Positions 1 to 9,594 of a DNA stretch of 64,000 bases are shown here, in pieces. The stretch's first letter is position 1. Every line of letters starts with the position of its first letter. A program made the translations under genes and the position numbers. The stretch lies in the NCBI GenBank assembly GCA_964569845.1, contig CAZMUQ010000001.1, forward strand, positions 70,664-134,663. The letters are read 5' to 3'. This stretch comes from an uncultured Candidatus Bathyarchaeia archaeon (GTDB lineage Archaea; Thermoproteota; Bathyarchaeia; Hecatellales; Hecatellaceae). Below the pieces are notes generated by a model that did no database searches, had not been told where the DNA came from, and was given only the letters and a program-made list of their open reading frames with translations.

Positions 1-431
1 AAAAAGTAGAAAAAGAAACCTTAAAAATAATGGGGCTACCGTATCAACCTGCAAATTTTAAAATTTCTTCAAGCTGCCATAGAGTTCCAACAATTGACGG
101 GCATGTTGAAGCTGTATTTATTGAAACAGAGAAGAAATCAAAACCTGAAGAAATAATTGAAGTTATGAGAAATTTTAAAGGAATACCTCAAAAACTTAAC
201 CTTCCAACCGCTCCTAACCCCCCAATAATTGTTAGGTTTGAGGATGATCGTCCTCAACCAAGAATCGATAGAATGGCAGGTGATGGTATGGCTATTGTTG
301 TTGGAAGAATAAGATATGATAAAGTTTTTGATTGTGTAAAGTATGTTGTTTTAGGGCATAACCTTATCAGAGGAGCAGCAGGATGTTCTATACTTAATGC
401 TGAACTTCTTAAATCAAAAGGATATATTTAA
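1..431 (+). CDS. asd: aspartate-semialdehyde dehydrogenase, C-terminal part (5' end lies outside the window)
   Basis: The translation contains the ASADH active-site-region motif SCHRVPTIDGH and a C-terminal dimerisation segment. The reading frame stays open to the window start. Confidence 0.75.
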   Translation, partial: KVEKETLKIMGLPYQPANFKISSSCHRVPTIDGHVEAVFIETEKKSKPEEIIEVMRNFKGIPQKLNLPTAPNPPIIVRFEDDRPQPRIDRMAGDGMAIVVGRIRYDKVFDCVKYVVLGHNLIRGAAGCSILNAELLKSKGYI

Positions 432-443
432 GGGTGAAAATTT

Positions 444-1232
444 TTGGAAATTGGTAAGAAAAGAAGATTAAGTAGAATTTTTAGGAATGATGGGAAAACG
501 GTCATTATCCCAATGGACCATGGAGTATCCATTGGACCTGTTAAAGGCCTTGTAAATATGCAATGGATAGCTGATAAGCTTATTTCTGGAGGAGCTGATG
601 CCATTGTTGTTCATAAAGGTATTGCTAGCAAAGTAAACTTCGGTAAAATGGGGCTTATAATTCATCTCTCAGGAAGTACAAGTTTAGGCCCTGATCCACA
701 TTGGAAAGTTCAAGTTTGTAGTATAAAGCAAGCTCTAAGACTTGGAGCAGATGGAATATCTATCCATGTTAATGTTGGTTCTCTTCAAGAGCCAGAAATG
801 CTTAAGTATTTTGGTAAAATTGCTGATGAAGCTACCGAGTACGGTGTACCTTTACTTGCAATGATGTATCCTCGAGGACCAAAAATTCAAAATGAACATG
901 ATGTTGAACTTGTTAAACATGCCGCAAGACTTGGAGCTGAACTTGGCGCAGATATTGTGAAAACAAATTATACTGGAAGTATTAAAAGTTTTAAGGAGGT
1001 TATTGAAAGCTGTCCTGTTCCTGTGGTTATTGCTGGAGGACCAAAAGCTAAGAATGAGGTTGAATTTTTAAGTATGGTTTATAATTCGATTGAAGCAGGA
1101 GCAGTAGGAGTATCTATTGGTAGAAATGTTTTCCAGCATGAAAATCCAGCAGCAATGGTTAGAGCATTAAATGCTATAGTACATGAAAACTCTGATGTTG
1201 AAAGTGCATTAAAAATTCTTAAGGAGGGTTAG
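444..1232 (+). CDS. aroA': 2-amino-3,7-dideoxy-D-threo-hept-6-ulosonate (ADH) synthase, class I aldolase/DhnA family
   Basis: DhnA-type class I aldolase sequence (IIPMDHG, Schiff-base Lys region). It sits immediately upstream of DHQ synthase II and the remaining aro genes, the arrangement known from methanogen-type shikimate pathways. Confidence 0.75.
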   Translation: MEIGKKRRLSRIFRNDGKTVIIPMDHGVSIGPVKGLVNMQWIADKLISGGADAIVVHKGIASKVNFGKMGLIIHLSGSTSLGPDPHWKVQVCSIKQALRLGADGISIHVNVGSLQEPEMLKYFGKIADEATEYGVPLLAMMYPRGPKIQNEHDVELVKHAARLGAELGADIVKTNYTGSIKSFKEVIESCPVPVVIAGGPKAKNEVEFLSMVYNSIEAGAVGVSIGRNVFQHENPAAMVRALNAIVHENSDVESALKILKEG

Positions 1233-1234
1233 AA

Positions 1235-2305
1235 TTGAAAGAGTTATGGGTTAAAGTTGAAGAATCTATTTCAGAAGAATTTAAAAACACTCTTCTAGAT
1301 GTATCAAAAAAGGTACCCTGCGTAATAATCGCAGCAGAGAAAGTTGCTCCTTACGCAAAATCTTTAGGATTTACTGTTGCTTCCAGAGGTACAAACTATG
1401 AGATATGTCTATTGGATAAAATTGATGAAAATTTGATAGTAAATTTGAAAAATAAGGGGAAAAAAGTTTGCTCAATAGTGGATGTAGCAAGTAGAAACGA
1501 TGAAGATAAGGTAGTTAAGATTGCTGAAAAAAATGTTGACTACATTATTGTCCGTTGTTTAAATTGGAAAGTTATCCCATTGGAGAATCTTATAGCAAAG
1601 GTTCATGGAAAAAGTAAACTTCTAGCTGAAGTTTCTAGTGTTGAAGAAGCTAAGCTTGTAATGGAAACTTTAGAACTTGGCGTTGATGGTTTAATTTTAG
1701 AAACAAATAAGTCTGAGGTTCTAACTAATATTGCAGAAATTGTTGAGGAAAAAGAGTTAAAATTAAAGCTTTGCCAAGCTAAGATTATTGAATGCAAAGA
1801 GTTGGGTTTAGGGGATAGAGTTTGTATAGATACTTGTGAACTTATGGATAAAGGAGAAGGTATGCTTGTTGGTTGCCAATCCGCAGGACTTTTTCTAATC
1901 CAGGCTGAAGTTTTTGAGAATCCTTATGTTGAGCCTCGGCCATTCAGAGTTAATGCTGGTCCTGTATCTCTCTACATGCTTACACCTGGAAATAAAACAC
2001 GATATCTTTCCGAGTTAAAAGCTGGTGATGAAGTCTTAATTGTTGATAGAAATGGAAAGTTTAGACCCGCAACAATTGCACGTGTAAAAATTGAAAAAAG
2101 ACCTTTAATGCTTATTGAAGCTGAAGTTGAAGGAAGTATCGTTAAAACAATCGTACAAAATGCTGAAACAATATTTTTTGTTACAAAAGATGGCTCAAAA
2201 TCTGTAAAAGACCTTAAAGCTGGTGATGAAGTCTTAGTTTACTGGAATCCTGGAGGAAGACATTTCGGTATCCTTGTTAAGGAGGAATCAGTTATTGAAA
2301 AGTAA
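1235..2305 (+). CDS. aroB': 3-dehydroquinate synthase II (archaeal type)
   Basis: 356 aa, archaeal DHQS-II family. It is positioned between ADH synthase and aroD. The C-terminus carries an internal repeat (KAGDEVLIVD... / KAGDEVLVYW...). Confidence 0.75.
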   Translation: MKELWVKVEESISEEFKNTLLDVSKKVPCVIIAAEKVAPYAKSLGFTVASRGTNYEICLLDKIDENLIVNLKNKGKKVCSIVDVASRNDEDKVVKIAEKNVDYIIVRCLNWKVIPLENLIAKVHGKSKLLAEVSSVEEAKLVMETLELGVDGLILETNKSEVLTNIAEIVEEKELKLKLCQAKIIECKELGLGDRVCIDTCELMDKGEGMLVGCQSAGLFLIQAEVFENPYVEPRPFRVNAGPVSLYMLTPGNKTRYLSELKAGDEVLIVDRNGKFRPATIARVKIEKRPLMLIEAEVEGSIVKTIVQNAETIFFVTKDGSKSVKDLKAGDEVLVYWNPGGRHFGILVKEESVIEK

Positions 2306-2987
2306 GGCTAAGATATGTGCTGCTATCACGGGAAGAAACATTAAAGAAGTAGAAAAAATGTTAATTAAAGCTGAAAAAAGTGGAGCTGATCTTGCAGAAT
2401 TAAGGATAGATTATATTGAAGATATGAGAAATTTAGATTTTAAGAAAATCAAAACAATAACAAACCTGCCATTAATAGCAACAAATAGACCTAGAAGGGA
2501 GGGGGGTTTTTCAAATCAGCCTGAAAATGATAGGTTAAATATTCTTTTGAAAGCTGCTGAATCTGGCTTTGATTATGTTGATATAGAATTTTCAACAAAA
2601 AAGGTTAAGCAGTATGCAACGGAAATAAAAAATCTTGGATCTAGGTTAATTGTTTCTTTTCACAATTTTAAATTAACTCCAACAATTGATGAAATGTTTA
2701 AATTGTTTAAAGAAATGATGAGTATTAAAGCTGAAATTTTTAAAATTATTTTTACAGCAAAAAGTTTAGAAGACAACTTAACGTGTTTGAATTTTCTTTC
2801 TAAAGCATCAGAAAAAAGTAAAGTTGTCTCCTTTTGTATGGGAAAACTAGGTATCCCTTCAAGAATATTATCCCCTATTTTTGGTGGAGAGTATACTTAT
2901 GCATCAATTCTTAGGGGGAGAGAATCAGCTGCAGGGCAGTTAACCATTGAAGAGTTAAGAAGGATTTTTGATATTATTGGTGCCTAA
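2295..2987 (+). CDS. aroD: 3-dehydroquinate dehydratase, type I
   Basis: Type I DHQase family (ICAAITG, Schiff-base Lys region). The ORF opens at 2274 with TTG. A second in-frame TTG at 2295 lies 8 nt after a GGAGGA Shine-Dalgarno-like box and just overlaps the aroB' stop, so 2295 is the likelier start. Confidence 0.75.
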   Translation: MKSKAKICAAITGRNIKEVEKMLIKAEKSGADLAELRIDYIEDMRNLDFKKIKTITNLPLIATNRPRREGGFSNQPENDRLNILLKAAESGFDYVDIEFSTKKVKQYATEIKNLGSRLIVSFHNFKLTPTIDEMFKLFKEMMSIKAEIFKIIFTAKSLEDNLTCLNFLSKASEKSKVVSFCMGKLGIPSRILSPIFGGEYTYASILRGRESAAGQLTIEELRRIFDIIGA

Positions 2988-2989
2988 TT

Positions 2990-3871
2990 TTGAGGCTAAT
3001 TAATGGTAAAACAAGGTTATACTGTTTAATAGGTGATCCTGTTCAGCATTCTCTAAGTCCCATAATTCATAATGCTGCGTTTGAAAAGCTTAACATAAAT
3101 GCTGTCTACCTTGCTTTTAATGTTTCAAAAGATAATCTTAAAAAAGCTGTTGATGGTTTAAGAAGCCTGAATGTTGCAGGTTTTAATGTTACAATGCCTC
3201 ATAAAGTTTCGATACTTTCTTTGCTTGATAGGATAGATAGTTTGGCTGAGAAAATTGGAGCAGTAAATACTGTAAAAAATGTTGGTGGAAAACTTGTGGG
3301 ATACAATACTGATGGTATTGGTGCTTTAGAAGCTCTTAAACGTAGTGGTGTAAAGCTTAAAGGAAAAAAAGTAGCCATTGTTGGAGCTGGAGGCGCTGGA
3401 AAAGCAATAGCTTTTGCTCTAGCTCAGCAGCTAGAAAAGTTTGGAGGCGAAATAACAATATTCAATAGAACAGTAGAAAAGGCTGTATGGTTAGAAAAAT
3501 CATTAACAGAAACGTTTGATGTGAAAGTTAAAGGTTTAAAGTTAAGCGATTTAAACCTTAAGAATGAGCTTAAAAATGTCGATATCCTGATAAATACAAC
3601 ATCTGTTGGGATGTATCCTAGCATTGGTAAAACACCTGTTAGTAAAAACCTTATCAAGCCAAACATGGTTGTTTTTGACGTGATATACGAACCTTTAAAA
3701 ACAAGGTTGCTTACTGAAGCTGAAAAAAGGGGTGCAAAAATAGTAAGAGGTATTGATATGCTAGTATACCAAGCTGCTAAAGCTTTTGAGATATGGATTA
3801 AGAAAAAACCTCCCATTAAAGAAATGTTCAAAGCTGCCTTAAAAATCCTAAAAAGTTCTAAAAGACTTTAA
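2990..3871 (+). CDS. aroE: shikimate 5-dehydrogenase
   Basis: GDPVQHSLSPIIHNAAF N-terminal signature and a Rossmann GAGGAGKA motif. Confidence 0.85.
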   Translation: MRLINGKTRLYCLIGDPVQHSLSPIIHNAAFEKLNINAVYLAFNVSKDNLKKAVDGLRSLNVAGFNVTMPHKVSILSLLDRIDSLAEKIGAVNTVKNVGGKLVGYNTDGIGALEALKRSGVKLKGKKVAIVGAGGAGKAIAFALAQQLEKFGGEITIFNRTVEKAVWLEKSLTETFDVKVKGLKLSDLNLKNELKNVDILINTTSVGMYPSIGKTPVSKNLIKPNMVVFDVIYEPLKTRLLTEAEKRGAKIVRGIDMLVYQAAKAFEIWIKKKPPIKEMFKAALKILKSSKRL

Positions 3872-3891
3872 GCTTTGGAGGATAGAGATAA

Positions 3892-4770
3892 GTGGGCTAT
3901 GGTGCTGCTGTTGCTTATGGTGCTGCAACAATAGTTAATGCTATAGCTACTGGTAAAGGTGCTGCTTTTGGTTTGGACCTTAAAACAGAAGCAAAGGTTG
4001 AATTAACCAATGAAGCTGGAATTATTAGAGGAAAAATAATTCCTAATACTGGTGAAAGTACAAGACTTATCAGGGAAGCTGTTAAGATTGTTTTAGATTA
4101 TTTTGGTGTTAGTAAAAAGTTTGGTGCAAAAGTTGAAACCATATCAAATATACCGATTGCTAAGGGCTTAAAAAGTAGTAGTGTGGCTGCAAATGCTATT
4201 ATTCTTGCAACAATTGCATCCTTAGGTAAAAAGTTAAGTGATAGAGTTATTCTTAACCTTGGTGTTGAAGCTGCTTTTAAAGCAAAAACAACGGTTACAG
4301 GTGCTTTTGATGATGCCTGTGCTTCATATTTTGGTGGAATTGTTATAACCGATAACATTAGGCGTAAGATAATTAAAAAAGAAAAATTTTCAGAGAAATA
4401 TAAAGTTTTGATTTATGTGCCAAAAGAAAAAGCTTATACAATAAACATTAATACAAAAAAAGTCAGGCTGATAGCCCCATATGTTAATATAGCATTTGAA
4501 AAAGCTTTAAATGGAAAATATTGGGAAGCTTTAACTTTAAATGGTTTGCTTTACTCGTCAATTCTTGGGTACAAAACAGGAATTGTTTTTGATGCTTTAG
4601 ATGCTGGAGCTATAGCTTCTGGTTTAAGTGGTAAAGGTCCTGCTGTTATAGCTGTTGTTAAGCATCATAAGTTTGATGATGTTTTAAATGCCTGGAAAAA
4701 ATATGATGGAGAAATTTTAGTAGCAAATGTTAACAATAAAAAATCTAGTATTCTGGTGCATGATACATGA
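3892..4770 (+). CDS. aroK: shikimate kinase, archaeal GHMP-kinase type
   Basis: GTG start. GHMP kinase fold (PIAKGLKSSSVAANA motif). It is positioned between aroE and aroA as in archaeal aro operons. Confidence 0.7.
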   Translation: MGYGAAVAYGAATIVNAIATGKGAAFGLDLKTEAKVELTNEAGIIRGKIIPNTGESTRLIREAVKIVLDYFGVSKKFGAKVETISNIPIAKGLKSSSVAANAIILATIASLGKKLSDRVILNLGVEAAFKAKTTVTGAFDDACASYFGGIVITDNIRRKIIKKEKFSEKYKVLIYVPKEKAYTININTKKVRLIAPYVNIAFEKALNGKYWEALTLNGLLYSSILGYKTGIVFDALDAGAIASGLSGKGPAVIAVVKHHKFDDVLNAWKKYDGEILVANVNNKKSSILVHDT

Positions 4771-6050
4771 TTGTTATTATAGAAAAAACTAAAGATCTAG
4801 GTGGATGTATTAAAGTTCCTCCCTCAAAAAGTTATACTCATAGAGCTATTGTTGCATCTGCTCTTACTAAAGGTGAATCTAAAATCTTAGAACCACTTTA
4901 CTCTGATGATACAGTTGCAACTATTAATAGTTGCAAAAGTTTTGGTGTAAAAATTAGGGAAAATGAAAAAATGCTGATTGTTGATGGAAACTGTAAATTA
5001 ACTGCTCCAAATAAACCAATCAACTGTAAATTCTCAGCTACAACTATCAGATTTATGACAGCATTTGCTGGTTTAGTAGAAGGTAAAACTATTTTGACTG
5101 GTGAAGGAAGCCTATTAAGAAGACCAATTTATCCGCTTATTGATGCTTTAAAAATGTTAGGTGTAAATTGTGAATCTGCTAATGGTTTCCCACCAGTAAC
5201 TATTTATGGAGGAGGGGTTGTTGGAGGAGAATCTTCAATTGTTGGTGATATAAGTTCACAGTTTATCTCAGCTTTAATTTTTGTATGCCCCTTAGCTGAA
5301 AACGATAGTTTAATAAAACTAAAAACTCCTCTTGAATCTAAACCATATGTAGAGTTAACATTAGAAGTTGTTAAAATGCATGGAATTAATGTTAAAGTTT
5401 TAGGTAACCATGAATCGTATTATATTCCTTCAAACCAGAACTATAAACCCTATACCCATAAAATTTTTGGAGATTTTTCTTCTGCATCATTTCTTATTGC
5501 AGCTGCAGCAATTACAGGCTCCAATGTAAAATTTGAGAATCTTTATCCTCTATTTAAAAGCCAACCTGACATAGAGATTATTGATACCTTAAAAAGAATG
5601 GGTATAAAAATTTCCTGCGGGGAAAATTACGTTGAAGTTTTAGGTGGTGAATTAGAAGGTATAGAAATTGATGCAAAGGATACACCAGACCTTGTCCCAA
5701 TTTATACTGTGTTAGCATGCTACGCTAAAGGAGAAACAGTAATAAGAAATGTTAAAAGGTTAAGAATTAAAGAATCAGACCGTTTAAATACCATAAGCTC
5801 TGAACTTTCAAAAATGGGTGCAAAAATTAAAGTTTTAGAAAATAGTTTAATTGTTAAAGGAGGGCATAAACTTAGAGGGGTAATCATTAATCCGCATGGA
5901 GACCATAGAATTGCTATGGCATGTGCTGTTGCAGCTTTAGGGGCTGAAGGAGAAACAGTTATTCTTAATAGTAATTGTGTTAGAAAATCTTATCCTAACT
6001 TCTTTAAAGATTTAATTAGCATTGGAGGTAAAGTAAAGATTAAAGGTTAA
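4767..6050 (+). CDS. aroA: 3-phosphoshikimate 1-carboxyvinyltransferase (EPSP synthase)
   Basis: 427 aa, EPSP synthase family (LGNAGTA-like and RPI... motifs). The start overlaps the aroK stop by 4 nt. Confidence 0.85.
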   Translation: MIVIIEKTKDLGGCIKVPPSKSYTHRAIVASALTKGESKILEPLYSDDTVATINSCKSFGVKIRENEKMLIVDGNCKLTAPNKPINCKFSATTIRFMTAFAGLVEGKTILTGEGSLLRRPIYPLIDALKMLGVNCESANGFPPVTIYGGGVVGGESSIVGDISSQFISALIFVCPLAENDSLIKLKTPLESKPYVELTLEVVKMHGINVKVLGNHESYYIPSNQNYKPYTHKIFGDFSSASFLIAAAAITGSNVKFENLYPLFKSQPDIEIIDTLKRMGIKISCGENYVEVLGGELEGIEIDAKDTPDLVPIYTVLACYAKGETVIRNVKRLRIKESDRLNTISSELSKMGAKIKVLENSLIVKGGHKLRGVIINPHGDHRIAMACAVAALGAEGETVILNSNCVRKSYPNFFKDLISIGGKVKIKG

Positions 6051-6104
6051 AAAAACTCTATAGGACAAACTTTAATATTTATTTAAGTATTTTACATTTT
6101 TGTC

Positions 6105-7202
6105 ATGATAAACAGTATAGGAAGAAATTTCATTTTAACAATTTTTGGTGAAAGTCATGGTAAATGTGTAGGTGTTACTGTTGATGGTTGTCCTCCAGGG
6201 TTACCCTTAAGCGAAGACGATATTCAAAAGGAGCTTAATAGAAGAAAACCAGGAAAAAATTTCTTTTCAACAGATAGAGCTGAGGAAGATAAGGTTGAAA
6301 TTCTTTCAGGTGTTTTTAATGGTTACACTACTGGTGCACCAATATGCATGGTTGTGCGTAATAAAGATGTAGTTTCAGATGTTTACGAAGAATTTAGGTG
6401 GAAACCTAGACCAGGACATGCAGATTATCCTGCATTTGTAAAATATCGTGGTTTTCATGATTATCGTGGTGGAGGTATTTTTTCATCGCGAATTACGGTT
6501 GGATTTGTTGCTGCAGGAGCAATAGCAAAAAAACTTCTTAAGAAACTTGATATTGAGATTTATGCTCATGTGGTTGAAATTGGCGGAATTAGAATAAAAA
6601 GAAAAATTACAGTTGAAGAGGTTAAAGAGAGGGTGGAAAAAAGTTTGCTAAGGTGTTGTGATCCTGAAGCTGAGAAAGAAATGGAAAATGTTATTTTGAA
6701 GGCTAAAGAGGAAAATGATAGTGTTGGAGGTATTATTGAATGCTTTGCTGTTAATGTTCCTCCTGGTATTGGAGAGCCGATTTTTAATTCTTTAGATGCT
6801 GACCTTGCAAAATTTCTTTTCTGCATTCCTGCAGTTAAAGGTGTAGAATTTGGGGCTGGTTTTAATGCTGCAAGACTTAAAGGTTCTGAAAATAATGATG
6901 AATATAGAATTATTAATGGTAGGATTGTTACATTAACAAATAATGCTGGAGGAATTCTTGGAGGTTTATCAACAGGTATGCCTATAATTGTTAGGGTTGC
7001 ATTTAAGCCTCCTTCATCCATACCTAAAACTCAGAAAACTGTTAACCTTCTTAAGATGGAAAATACGGAATTAAAGATTAAGGGAAGATATGATGTATGT
7101 TTCATACCTAGAGCTGTCCCCATTGTTGAGGCTGTAGTTGCAAATGTTCTTACTGATCATCTACTACCAATTCTTAAATATTCTACAAAAAAAGATTCTT
7201 AA
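6105..7202 (+). CDS. aroC: chorismate synthase
   Basis: 365 aa with chorismate synthase signatures (GESHG, RPGHAD, GGRSSARET-like). Confidence 0.9.
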   Translation: MINSIGRNFILTIFGESHGKCVGVTVDGCPPGLPLSEDDIQKELNRRKPGKNFFSTDRAEEDKVEILSGVFNGYTTGAPICMVVRNKDVVSDVYEEFRWKPRPGHADYPAFVKYRGFHDYRGGGIFSSRITVGFVAAGAIAKKLLKKLDIEIYAHVVEIGGIRIKRKITVEEVKERVEKSLLRCCDPEAEKEMENVILKAKEENDSVGGIIECFAVNVPPGIGEPIFNSLDADLAKFLFCIPAVKGVEFGAGFNAARLKGSENNDEYRIINGRIVTLTNNAGGILGGLSTGMPIIVRVAFKPPSSIPKTQKTVNLLKMENTELKIKGRYDVCFIPRAVPIVEAVVANVLTDHLLPILKYSTKKDS

Positions 7203-7788
7203 TCAACTTCTTTTTCTTCTCAAATGCTTCTCTTAAACTTGTAATTGAAGCTTTAATTGTAATTGGCTCTTTAATAAAGCTTTTACATATTTCCTGAGTT
7301 TTTAAACCCACTACCAGTTAATATGCAAAGAATATTATCATCTTTACCTATACTTGCATAAGCTGGCATAAAAACATAGCATTGTAGATTTGCCCTTGCA
7401 GCATAAGATGCAAGGGAGGTTGCAGCGTTTCCAGAGGAATCAACAACAGCTTTAGCTTTAGAAATAAGAATTGATAGCTTCTCTATCTTTAAATGAACCT
7501 GTAGGGTTTAAAAATTCAAATTTAAAGTTAAGTTTGCTAGCTTTAAGATACTCAGCTAAATTTTTACTTTTTACTGTTGGTGTGAATCCTTCACCAGGTG
7601 AATATATAATTTTCTGGAGAAATTGGAAGTAACTCTACATAACGCCACATACTGTAGATACTTCTCTTAGCAAATAGAGTTTTTGACACCTTTTCTTTTA
7701 ATGCATCAATATTAAATGTAATCTCGGTAAGGCTGTTACAGCTTGGACATCTATAGATAACCTCGTTGAATATTAAAAGACCTACCAC
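7203..7788 (-). pseudogene. thrC: threonine synthase pseudogene (N-terminus fused to C-terminal piece, with frameshifts)
   Basis: The minus strand translates to a ThrC N-terminus (YRCPSCNSL...SMWRYVELLP). Then come, in shifted frames, the PLP motif NPTGSFKDR, SSGNAATSLASYAARANL and the C-terminal TGSGLK motif. The total is under 200 codons versus about 400 expected, and at least two frameshifts are needed. Confidence 0.6.
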
Positions 7789-7874
7789 ATTCTAAGCATT
7801 TTTGAAGAAAAGTATCCAAAGATTGTTAAGCCTCCTTAACAAAGAGTTAGGTATTTTCAGGTTTTTATGTTTAC

Positions 7875-8114
7875 CTAGCCAGAGCAGTATACGTAACCTT
7901 TAACTCTCCGGATAAATCTGTCGCATACAAAGCATTCAAGAAAAGATACAGGGGAACCCTTTAAGGGACATTCAACAGCTTCCTTTTTTAGCCTTGACAA
8001 TACTCGTTTTGAAAAAACTCCCTTAAATTCTTCAAGTTTTTCGGCAGGTACTTTTAATGGTTTTTGGAGCACCTTAACTTCAAGCTTATACTTATATTTA
8101 GAGGGAGTAGCCAT
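7875..8114 (-). CDS. small hypothetical protein with C-terminal 4-Cys zinc-ribbon-like motif
   Basis: 79-aa ORF with a lysine-rich N-terminus and Cys pattern C-x11-C-x2-C-x12-C. I recognise no family. Confidence 0.3.
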   Translation of the reverse strand: MATPSKYKYKLEVKVLQKPLKVPAEKLEEFKGVFSKRVLSRLKKEAVECPLKGSPVSFLECFVCDRFIRRVKGYVYCSG

Positions 8115-8213
8115 AAGCTATGGGGCACCTCTTTATCTTCGCTTTGCTGATAAGGTAGCTTCCATTTTAAAAGTACTTTTGTTAACTTAAATTTATTAGG
8201 ATTTACCTCTAAC

Positions 8214-8522
8214 TTATTGTACTTCTATGTTTTCCTTAGAAAACCCTAATGCTATCAACTTTTCCTTAGCTTTTTCTCTATGGTCTCCTTGAAGAATTAT
8301 TTGGTTATTTTTTGCTGTTCCACCACATGCACAAAAAGCTTTAAGTTCAGCTGCAAGCTTATTGATATCTACACCCTTAGTATCAATTCCTTCAACAATT
8401 GTTACAGGCTTATTCCACTTTCTTTTTTCAAGTCTAACTTTAATTTTTTGCTGATCCTTACTTATTTCACCACATACACAAAGGTCTTTTGGTAATCCAC
8501 AAACTTCACAAATTTCAGCCAT
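8214..8522 (-). CDS. translation initiation factor aIF1 / SUI1
   Basis: 102 aa with N-terminal CEVCGLPKDLCVCG and SUI1-domain core (QKIKVRLEKRKWNKPVTIVEGI...ACGGT...ILQGDHR). Confidence 0.85.
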   Translation of the reverse strand: MAEICEVCGLPKDLCVCGEISKDQQKIKVRLEKRKWNKPVTIVEGIDTKGVDINKLAAELKAFCACGGTAKNNQIILQGDHREKAKEKLIALGFSKENIEVQ

Positions 8523-8605
8523 ATTTTTTCCTTAAACTCCCTTTTTTTCTATCTGAATATTTAAGGTTTGAGTCTAAAAGAATAATAAAGTTTACCTATA
8601 TTTAT

Positions 8606-9583
8606 TTGTTGTTGACATCATTAAATCCCCTTAAGAATATTGCTGAAGAAATCGCAAATTTAGCTCAGCTTGCTGTTGCTCTTGAGGCTTGTAGCTACCC
8701 TAAACCAGGAGCAGTTCATAGGTTTTCTGACTTTAAAGATACAAAACTTGAACATTTTATTGCGGGTAGTATAGCTGTAGGCCCAGCTATGAGAAAGTTG
8801 GCTTTTAAAGGTTTACTTGTAAAAAATGGGAAAATAAATTTACAGAATGTAAACATTGGGAAACATATCATGGAGGCTATTATTGCAACAAGAAATTTGC
8901 ATCATGGTGGAAACACTAATCTTGGTGTTGTTACACTACTTGCACCCACAATTGTAGGCACTGCAATGATGGGATACAATTATCACCATAAATTTAACAT
9001 CAATTCCTTATCTAGAAATGTCAAAAAAATTGTTAAATCAACTACAGTAAAAGATGCAATAAATTTTTATAGGGCAGTAGGAGAAGCTAAAGCTGGAGGA
9101 TTAGGAAAAGTAAGCTGTGGAATACCTGATGTAAATGATCCTAAGGCATTAAAAATTCTTCAAGACAAAAACATAACCCTATATAAGGTTATGAGAACCT
9201 GTGCAAAATGGGATACAATATGTAGTGAATGGATTACAGGTATACAAATATCAACCCAAATTGGTTATCCAACAATAAAGGAAGTTTATGATAAGACAGG
9301 GGATTTAAACAAGGCTATTGTACAATGTTTTCTCACAATTTTAGCCAAACATGCAGACAGTCTAATAGCAAGAAAAAACGGCTTAAAAATTGCAAAAAAA
9401 GTTACAGAAAAAGCAAAAAAAGTATTAGCTATGGGTGGTGTTCTTACAAGAAACGGATTGAATGAAGTAAAAAAACTTGATAGAGAATTAAAAACTCCGG
9501 ATAATAGGCTAAATCCTGGAACAACAGCAGATTTAACGGTGAATTCGATTTTTATATCTCTTCTTGATAATATAAGGCCATAA
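8606..9583 (+). CDS. triphosphoribosyl-dephospho-CoA synthase (CitG/MdcB) family protein
   Basis: CitG-like motifs (PKPGAVHRFSDF, HGGNTNLG). The annotated ORF opens at 8489 but overlaps SUI1 on the other strand. Three in-frame TTG codons at 8606-8614 are the likely start. Confidence 0.5.
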   Translation: MLLTSLNPLKNIAEEIANLAQLAVALEACSYPKPGAVHRFSDFKDTKLEHFIAGSIAVGPAMRKLAFKGLLVKNGKINLQNVNIGKHIMEAIIATRNLHHGGNTNLGVVTLLAPTIVGTAMMGYNYHHKFNINSLSRNVKKIVKSTTVKDAINFYRAVGEAKAGGLGKVSCGIPDVNDPKALKILQDKNITLYKVMRTCAKWDTICSEWITGIQISTQIGYPTIKEVYDKTGDLNKAIVQCFLTILAKHADSLIARKNGLKIAKKVTEKAKKVLAMGGVLTRNGLNEVKKLDRELKTPDNRLNPGTTADLTVNSIFISLLDNIRP

Positions 9584-9594
9584 AAAAGTTTAAA

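Noticed and set aside
3424-3831. Antisense ORFs inside well-supported genes (e.g. 3424-3831, 4098-4358, 6566-7021, 16441-17120, 27891-28316, 30218-30730, 36013-36489, 41306-41676, 60268-60645)
   Set aside because: They lie entirely within and opposite to conserved genes with strong family signatures. Their translations are low-complexity (Ser/Leu/Phe-rich) as expected from AT-rich antisense frames.
8489-8605. Long 5' extension of the CitG-like ORF overlapping SUI1 on the opposite strand
   Set aside because: The overlap with a conserved gene makes it implausible, and the extension is a hydrophobic low-complexity translation. Three in-frame TTG codons at 8606-8614 provide a sensible start.
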